Shown here in pieces: positions 58,513 through 64,000 of a DNA stretch of 64,000 nt. Both the position numbers and the translations under genes were made by a program. The notes beneath the pieces were generated by a model that ran no database searches, was not told the DNA's origin, and saw only the letters and a list, made by a program, of their open reading frames with translations. The stretch is from an uncultured Collinsella sp. (GTDB lineage: Bacteria > Actinomycetota > Coriobacteriia > Coriobacteriales > Coriobacteriaceae), in the NCBI GenBank assembly GCA_905212545.1, contig CAJMEW010000001.1:21345-85344 (forward strand), read 5' to 3'. Positions within the stretch are counted from its first letter, which is position 1; each line of letters starts with the position of its first letter.

Positions 58513-60321
58513 ATGAGCATGAGCAAGAACATCGCACGCCTGGCAGTAACCGCCGGCCTCACGGCGGCGTTGAGCTTCGGCGGCGTCATGGCCCCGGTGA
58601 CCATGGCGTTTGCTGAGGGCACGCCTGTGGCTACGACGAGCGGCAATGTGACGATCAAAGATGACGGCTACGCGGGTACGACTTTTAAGGGCATCAAGAT
58701 TTTCTCCGCTACCGTTACGCAGGATCAGACAGGCACCGATGTTTGGGATTCTACCGATGAGAAGACGCTGTCCGATATTACGTGGGCATCGACTGAGGTG
58801 AAGGCCGCCGTCATGGGCGCGTTTACTGCTGATGACGGCAAGCCGGAGGGTGATAACGCACAGACGTGGGCAGAATGGATTAAAACTAAGACCGCGGGTG
58901 AGTATGAGGGTAGCACCGACCAGACTACCAAACTGAATGTGGGTACGACGCTCGACAGAATCGCCAGAGCGCTTGAAAACGAGAAGTGGACTAATCCAGA
59001 GAGCGGTACTGCGGGAACATTCAAGGGTATTGGTGCGGGCTACTGGCTCTTTGAAACGCAGCAGGTCGGCACTGGAGCAGATGGAAGCCATGACGCCTAT
59101 ACCTCGCCGATCTTCACTGTCGTCGGTGGTGAAGACGTAAATCCGGAGCCAAAGAAGAGCGTCCCCACGGTCGAGAAGAAGATTCTCGATGATAGCAAGG
59201 TGGCGAAAGACCTCAAGGCCGTGTCCGAGGGTGATTGGAAAGACGTTGCCGACTCCCAGATCGGCCAGGAGGTGAACTACAAGCTCACCGGCACGATTGC
59301 GGACAACTACGCCAGCTACGACTCCTATTCCTACGAGTTCACCGACACCCTTACTAAAGGCCTCAGCTATGTTGATGGTCAAACTAAAGTTTATGCTGTG
59401 AACAAAGATTCGAGCAACAAAGATAAATATATCGATATTTCCAGTTACTTTGATGTGAATTCAACCAACAATGCTGACGAAACTACCACCTTGACTGTTG
59501 TAGCTAAAGCGGGGGAGCACGGTAAGCACCTCAAGGAGATTTCAGACGTAAATGCCAACACTAAGATTGTTGTCTTCTACAAGGCGAAGCTCAACGCAAG
59601 CGCGGTAATTGCGGGAGCAAACAACCAGCTGAATGGCAACCTCAACACCGTTACGCTCAAGTATTCCAACAACCCCATGGTCGAAGGTACTGGCACCTCG
59701 GCACCCGATACGGTCAAGGACTACACCTACGGCCTCAAGATCAACAAGGTTGACCTTGGCACTGAGGAAGCGCTGAAAGATGCTAAGTTCACCATTACAA
59801 CTAACGGTGACGAGAAAAGCACAGAAGTTAAATATGTCATGAAAAACGGTGCTCTGAGCGACGACGTGGTCGAACTATCGACGGGCGCCGATGGTGTCAT
59901 TAAGCTTACCGGTCTCGATGCTGGCGTCTATACGGTCACGGAAACTTCTGCTCCCGAGGGTTACACCAAGGTCGAACCCTTCACCTTCGAGATTAAGCCA
60001 ACCATGAACACCAATGATCCGGGTGCTGGCCTTGCTAACCTCACTGGCACGCTTGATGACAAGAATCAGGGTGACAAGGTCATCGCTGGCCTTACCGATA
60101 AGCTTGCCGGTGATAACAAGCTAACGGTGCGGACCGGCTCGGAGAAGGACACCGATGGCTACTTCAACATCACCGTCGGCGATACCAAGCAGGTTGGCCT
60201 CCCCCTCACCGGTCTTAACGGCGTGACCTTCACTTGGATCGCTGGTGGCGCGGTGCTGTGCATCGGCGTGGCTCACCTCATCCGCAGCCGTAAGCAGGCT
60301 GAGGAGTCCGAGCAGGAGTAA
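58513..60321 (+). CDS. Sortase-assembled major pilin (paralogue B), LPLTG sorting signal
   Basis: SP plus AFA cleavage region. Canonical E-box VYTVTETSAPEGY. LPLTG followed by a TM stretch and RSRKQAEESEQE. GGAGGA RBS. Confidence 0.8.
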   Translation: MSMSKNIARLAVTAGLTAALSFGGVMAPVTMAFAEGTPVATTSGNVTIKDDGYAGTTFKGIKIFSATVTQDQTGTDVWDSTDEKTLSDITWASTEVKAAVMGAFTADDGKPEGDNAQTWAEWIKTKTAGEYEGSTDQTTKLNVGTTLDRIARALENEKWTNPESGTAGTFKGIGAGYWLFETQQVGTGADGSHDAYTSPIFTVVGGEDVNPEPKKSVPTVEKKILDDSKVAKDLKAVSEGDWKDVADSQIGQEVNYKLTGTIADNYASYDSYSYEFTDTLTKGLSYVDGQTKVYAVNKDSSNKDKYIDISSYFDVNSTNNADETTTLTVVAKAGEHGKHLKEISDVNANTKIVVFYKAKLNASAVIAGANNQLNGNLNTVTLKYSNNPMVEGTGTSAPDTVKDYTYGLKINKVDLGTEEALKDAKFTITTNGDEKSTEVKYVMKNGALSDDVVELSTGADGVIKLTGLDAGVYTVTETSAPEGYTKVEPFTFEIKPTMNTNDPGAGLANLTGTLDDKNQGDKVIAGLTDKLAGDNKLTVRTGSEKDTDGYFNITVGDTKQVGLPLTGLNGVTFTWIAGGAVLCIGVAHLIRSRKQAEESEQE

Positions 60322-60421
60322 CGCTCACTCACCCATCCCTTTGGCAGGTGGGATGTGATGGCCATGAGACTTGCGGACACTTTTCTCGTCCATCTACGTT
60401 CTTGCTTTGCCATTCTCTTTT

Positions 60422-60459
60422 CGGGGCAGACTCCGCAATGGAGTCTGCCCCGTTTTTTT
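60422..60459 (+). terminator. Strong Rho-independent terminator after the pilin B gene
   Basis: CGGGGCAGACTCC-gcaat-GGAGTCTGCCCCG followed by T7. Confidence 0.8.
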
Positions 60460-60604
60460 GGACAACGCAGCCAGGCTCCATCGTCTGATGCGGGCACGTT
60501 CGTCATCGCGTTTCTTGACTCGTATGAGGTTCGGTTTAAGGTCCGTAGGCGCACGCGCGGTGCGGACGGTAGAAGGCATTTGCGCCGCAACAAGCGCAAA
60601 TAAG

Positions 60605-60633
60605 AATGCCCGGGGGTCGGATCCCGGGCATTT
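60605..60633 (+). terminator. Second hairpin AATGCCCGGG-ggtcggat-CCCGGGCATT
   Basis: 10-bp perfect stem with a weak T-tail. Lies 145 nt after the first terminator. Confidence 0.45.
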
Positions 60634-60781
60634 AACAAAAGCTGAAAACTAGGCCGCCCGCGCTCTCGTACACTTACGCGGGGTGCGTCGTTTTCTATTG
60701 ACATTGTATCCCGAATCGCTCTGCCGATTCGGGACATTTTGAAAACGCAAATGCTGGCTTATGCACGAAAGGAATCTCGTT

Positions 60782-60822
60782 AATTCCGAAAATTATGTAT
60801 AATTCCAATATAAACCGGAATT
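60782..60822 (+). promoter_or_regulatory. Promoter with extended -10 TGTATAAT (60796-60803) embraced by inverted repeat AATTCCG ... CGGAATT
   Basis: AT-rich. Lies 30 bp upstream of ATG 60834. Confidence 0.45.
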
Positions 60823-60833
60823 AAACGAAAACG

Positions 60834-61802
60834 ATGGAAATGAACGAAGCGCTAATCTACTTACAAGAAGCACTAGGCCTTTCCGCCAAGACCAAAACTT
60901 GGCCTGGATCCGCACGCTTGCCGCTGCATCTGCGGGCGATTGAGGTCCGCGCTGTTGACGCAAACGGTTTTTCGTTTTTGCTTGCAAGTTTGCCTACTGG
61001 CGTCGGGCTTCCCGAGGCTAAGAGAGTCTATAGCCAGCTAGCCTTGCGCGCGGAGACTCCTGTTGTCGTTTCGTTTCCTGATGCCGATGCACGTCAGCGC
61101 AAAGCATTGATCGCACAAGGGATTCCCTTTGTCTGCCCAGGTAGACAGGCTTTTCTTCCATTTATGGGCACAGCCTGCACGGAGAGGGGCGGTGCCCGGT
61201 TTCACAATAACGCGACCAAGATGTCACCCAACGCGCAGGCTGCCGCAATCTGGGGAGCAGCCCAGGAGCCATATCGTCCCTATGACCTTTGTCGTGCGCT
61301 TGGGATTTCGGCAAGCCGTGCGAGTGAGGCCATAACCGAGCTTGTCGACAGGGGGCTCGCGAGGCGCGAGCGTTGCGAGCGACGTGTCGTCGTGCTCCCT
61401 GTCGCCGTTGATCTTTTGCTCAGTGAGCACATGGCAGAGCTCTCCTCGCCAGTCTCGAAGGTCTGTTTTGCAAGGAAGACGCCGCAGATCGACTATCTTG
61501 CTGACGCCGGGGAGACGGCGCTCGCTGCGCGTTCGATGCTCGCTGCGCCGGGCATGGAACAAAAGGCCGTCTTAAGAAGTGCATGGCGTCAACTAAGCGA
61601 CCTAGAAGTCACAGACGGGGAGTTGCCGGATAACGAGACGGCGATGATCCAAGTGTGGCGCTATGCGCCCGTGTTTGCCGACTCCTCCCGTGTCGACGAC
61701 ATTTCGCTTGCGCTATCTTTGGCGGCCATCGACGATGAGCGAATTCAGCTCGAAGTCGATCGCATGTTTGGAAAGGAATATCCATGGCAAGAAGCGCTGT
61801 AG
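60834..61802 (+). CDS. Hypothetical protein with central winged-helix (MarR-like) segment, embedded in the pilus locus
   Basis: 322 aa. wHTH-like DLCRALGISASRASEAITELVDRGLARRE. No strong RBS. Confidence 0.4.
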   Translation: MEMNEALIYLQEALGLSAKTKTWPGSARLPLHLRAIEVRAVDANGFSFLLASLPTGVGLPEAKRVYSQLALRAETPVVVSFPDADARQRKALIAQGIPFVCPGRQAFLPFMGTACTERGGARFHNNATKMSPNAQAAAIWGAAQEPYRPYDLCRALGISASRASEAITELVDRGLARRERCERRVVVLPVAVDLLLSEHMAELSSPVSKVCFARKTPQIDYLADAGETALAARSMLAAPGMEQKAVLRSAWRQLSDLEVTDGELPDNETAMIQVWRYAPVFADSSRVDDISLALSLAAIDDERIQLEVDRMFGKEYPWQEAL

Positions 61803-61924
61803 AAGGTCTTCAAGAATTCGAAACGTAGGCGGTGCTTCGGTCCTAGCTGCGTTGTCCGGCGCGGAAGCTCGCTAATCGGCTATTATTTGTTTAGACAACT
61901 TGAGTTGTAGAGGAGTGACCGGCG

Positions 61925-62863
61925 ATGGTGCAGGGCGCCAAACATATGAAGAACAATAACGCCGCGGCCAACGGCGGCTCAAGCCCTCAGCCCAAACCTC
62001 AACCAAAGCCCAAGCGCCGTCGCAAGCGACTGCCGCGTTGGGCCGACCGGCTCATCACCATTGTCATCATCCTTATTGGCGTGGGCCTTATGACCTGGCC
62101 GTGGATCTTGGACCGACTCGAGGCCTCGGGCGTGTTCAACCAGATCAGCACCGTGTCCAGCACCGTGGACGCACTGTCTGCCGAGGAGCGCGAGCGCATC
62201 CTGCTCCAGGCGCGCTCCTTTAACGAGCAGCTAGCGGGCGAGGTCACCGAGCTTCCCGCCGACCAGATCGAGCCCTACGCTCAGCAGCTCATCTTTGACC
62301 GCGACCCCATGATGAGCTGGATCGAAATCCCCTCCATCGACGTGAGCATGCCCATCTACCACGGCACGAGCGAGGAGGTCCTCATGGCGGGCGTCGGCCA
62401 CCTGGAGGGCACGAGCCTGCCGGTGGGTGGCACCTCGACGCATTGCGTGCTCACCGCGCACTCGGGCATGCGCAACCTGAGCATGTTCGACGACATCCAT
62501 TCGCTGGAGCCCGGCGACTTGGTGCTGCTGCACACCATGAACAAGACGCTCGCCTACAAGATGGTGGACTCCGAGGTGGTACTGCCCGAGGAGATGGAGT
62601 CGCTGACCATAGAGCCCGGCGCCGACAAGGTGACGCTCGTCACCTGCACGCCCTACGGCGTGAACGACCATCGTCTGCTGGTGCATTGCGTGCGCACCAA
62701 GTACAACAAGAAGGACGTCGACAAGCAAAAGTCGCTGGCCGGCCGCCACTGGGGCAAGCGTGAGTTTGCCGTGCTCATCGTGGTCGTGGCCATTGTGCTG
62801 TTGCTGCTGGACATCGTGATCCACGCGGTCCGCAAGCGCCGCAAGGCCAAGGCCTCGGCATAA
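61925..62863 (+). CDS. Class C (pilus-assembly) sortase
   Basis: N-terminal TM, catalytic His (TAHSG), TLVTCTPYGVNDHRLLVHCVR (TLxTC motif and Arg), and a C-terminal hydrophobic anchor plus basic tail. GAGGAGTGA RBS. Confidence 0.85.
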   Translation: MVQGAKHMKNNNAAANGGSSPQPKPQPKPKRRRKRLPRWADRLITIVIILIGVGLMTWPWILDRLEASGVFNQISTVSSTVDALSAEERERILLQARSFNEQLAGEVTELPADQIEPYAQQLIFDRDPMMSWIEIPSIDVSMPIYHGTSEEVLMAGVGHLEGTSLPVGGTSTHCVLTAHSGMRNLSMFDDIHSLEPGDLVLLHTMNKTLAYKMVDSEVVLPEEMESLTIEPGADKVTLVTCTPYGVNDHRLLVHCVRTKYNKKDVDKQKSLAGRHWGKREFAVLIVVVAIVLLLLDIVIHAVRKRRKAKASA

Positions 62864-62877
62864 GGCATCGTTTAGAA

Positions 62878-62910
62878 CCACCACAATGGGGACAGGCACC
62901 TTTGTGGTGG
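62878..62910. repeat. Family-2 hairpin CCACCACAATGGGG-acaggc-ACCTTTGTGGTGG (no T-tail)
   Basis: Same family. Immediately followed by Family-3 copy 3. Confidence 0.65.
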
Positions 62911-62924
62911 TCGGGACTTCCGAA

Positions 62925-62982
62925 CCATCACAACATTCGATGAAAATCGCGATTTTGGCGAAAAGCGTCGAATGTTGTGATG
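62925..62982. repeat. Family-3 palindromic repeat, copy 3
   Basis: CCATCACAACATTCGAtgAAAATCGCGATTTTggcgaaaagcgTCGAATGTTGTGATG. Confidence 0.8.
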
Positions 62983-62993
62983 CTTTTCGTTTC

Positions 62994-63077
62994 GGGCGGG
63001 ACGGTTTTCGTTGTGGTCGAGACGGTCTTCGTTGTGGTCGAGACGGTTTTCGCTATGGACGGTGCGGTTTCGCTGCA
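62994..63077. repeat. Tandem 21-bp direct repeats x4 (GGTCGAGACGGTyTTCGTTGT consensus)
   Basis: gggcgggacggttttcgttgt / ggtcgagacggtcttcgttgt / ggtcgagacggttttcgctat / ggacggtgcggtttcgctgca. Confidence 0.8.
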
Positions 63078-63210
63078 GAACCGCCGGCTCGCCGCCTGCC
63101 AGTCCGCGTCCCTCGTTACGTTTTCGCTGCATTTGGGTAAAGCGCCTGCTCCAAGCCGGCGTTGCCTTGTATACTAGAGCGGTTTATCTGTTATGCGGAA
63201 GGGAGCGCCT

Positions 63211-63522
63211 ATGGCACTCAGCGAGAAAGACGTGCGCGGCATCGCCGAGTACGCAAAGATCGCACTGACCGATGACGAGCTCACCCAGATGACGTCCTAC
63301 ATGAACGACGCCGTCCAGATGCTCGAGCCCGTCTTGCAATATGACTTGCCCGACGTGGAGCCCACGTTCCATCCCATCGGAAGCCTGTCCAACGTGATGG
63401 GCGATGACCTGCGCGAGCCCGAGCGCGACCTGCCGCTCGACGTTGCGCTCGAAAACGCCGGCAGCGCGCGCGACCGCTACTTCCGCGTGCCGTCCATTTT
63501 GGGAGAGGGGGAGAGCGAGTAA
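63211..63522 (+). CDS. gatC: Asp-tRNA(Asn)/Glu-tRNA(Gln) amidotransferase subunit C
   Basis: 103 aa. LSEKDVRGIAEYAKIALTDDELTQMTSYMNDAVQMLEPVLQYDLPDVEPTFHPIG. GGAAGGGAG RBS. Confidence 0.85.
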   Translation: MALSEKDVRGIAEYAKIALTDDELTQMTSYMNDAVQMLEPVLQYDLPDVEPTFHPIGSLSNVMGDDLREPERDLPLDVALENAGSARDRYFRVPSILGEGESE

Positions 63523-64000
63523 TGGCGCTAAGCTTCGATTCCCTTACCGCTGCCCAGATCGCCGCGGGCGTTGCCGCCGGCGACTTTACCGCTACCGAGG
63601 TGGCCCAGGCCTCCCTTGCCGCTATCGAGGCGCGCGAGGGCGGGGTCCAGGCATTCCTTCAGGTGGCGCCCGAGCTTGCGCTCGAGGCCGCCGCGCGCGT
63701 GGATGCCGACCGTGCCGCAGGCAAGCCGCTGCCCCCGCTCGCGGGCGTGCCGCTGGCAATTAAGGACAACATGAATCTCGTGGGCACGCGCACCACCTGC
63801 GCTTCCCGCATGCTCGAGAACTACCAGAGCGTCTACACCGCCACCTGCGTCCAGCGCATGCTCGACGCCGGCTGCCTGCCCATGGGCAAGGCCAACATGG
63901 ACGAGTTTGCCTTTGGCAGCTCCACCGAGAGCTCGGCGTTCCACCGCACTAACAACCCCTGGGATACCGAGCGCGTGCCCGGCGGCTCTTCGGGCGGCTC
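63522..64000 (+). CDS. gatA: Glutamyl-tRNA(Gln) amidotransferase subunit A, 3'-truncated by window edge
   Basis: ATG overlaps the gatC stop (TAATG). Amidase-signature N-terminus LAGVPLAIKDNMNLVGTRTTCASRMLENY...GGSSGG. No stop before the window end. Confidence 0.8.
   Translation, partial: MALSFDSLTAAQIAAGVAAGDFTATEVAQASLAAIEAREGGVQAFLQVAPELALEAAARVDADRAAGKPLPPLAGVPLAIKDNMNLVGTRTTCASRMLENYQSVYTATCVQRMLDAGCLPMGKANMDEFAFGSSTESSAFHRTNNPWDTERVPGGSSGG

Noticed and set aside
62886-63140. 84-aa ORF (RCGRDGF-type repeats) as a gene
   Set aside because: It is the translation of the 21-bp tandem repeats and the Family-2/3 palindromes. No RBS or protein-like composition.

Overview
High-GC (about 60-65 % by eye) Gram-positive chromosomal segment, probably Actinobacteria and most likely class Coriobacteriia. 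The inference rests on LPxTG/sortase pilus genes, GC-rich codon usage, a FeoB-associated Cys-rich peptide, and an orphan OmpR-type regulator beside glnA. Gene order across the window: feoB (5'-truncated) with its small Cys-rich partner; a LacI-regulated galacturonate operon (uxaC, GPH transporter, uxaB, uxaA); a GltD-like/Old-Yellow-Enzyme-like reductase pair; a GntR-controlled gntP plus IlvD/EDD-family sugar-acid dehydratase module; an ArsC-family protein; a DHA2 MFS exporter with a CBS protein; an MGMT-domain protein; and an integration scar (3' half of tRNA-Met with its terminator, and a truncated tyrosine integrase) followed by an AAA-ATPase gene preceded by iteron-like 9-10 bp tandem repeats. 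Then come a second sugar-acid module (HIT, gntP2, gntR2, eda, kdgK, KdgR-like LacI regulator), glnA with a GlnR-like regulator, htrA, ligA, an AT-rich islet encoding a Tat-secreted streptopain-like (C10) cysteine peptidase with a small lipoprotein, a MerR(BmrR-like)/MATE/heterodimeric ABC multidrug-efflux cluster, a DUF559 protein, moaA and a moaC-mobB fusion, an MFS transporter, a HAD hydrolase, a lower-GC sortase-dependent pilus locus (beta-helix tip adhesin, two paralogous pilins, a wHTH hypothetical protein, class C sortase), and gatC with gatA (3'-truncated). The most unusual content is non-coding: at least five families of repeated palindromic or structured elements, two sets of LacI-type operator boxes that link the two sugar-acid modules into regulons, and a duplicated leader module in which a hairpin keeps a conserved 22-nt loop but has completely different, compensatory stems. 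No CRISPR array, intact tRNA or rRNA was found.
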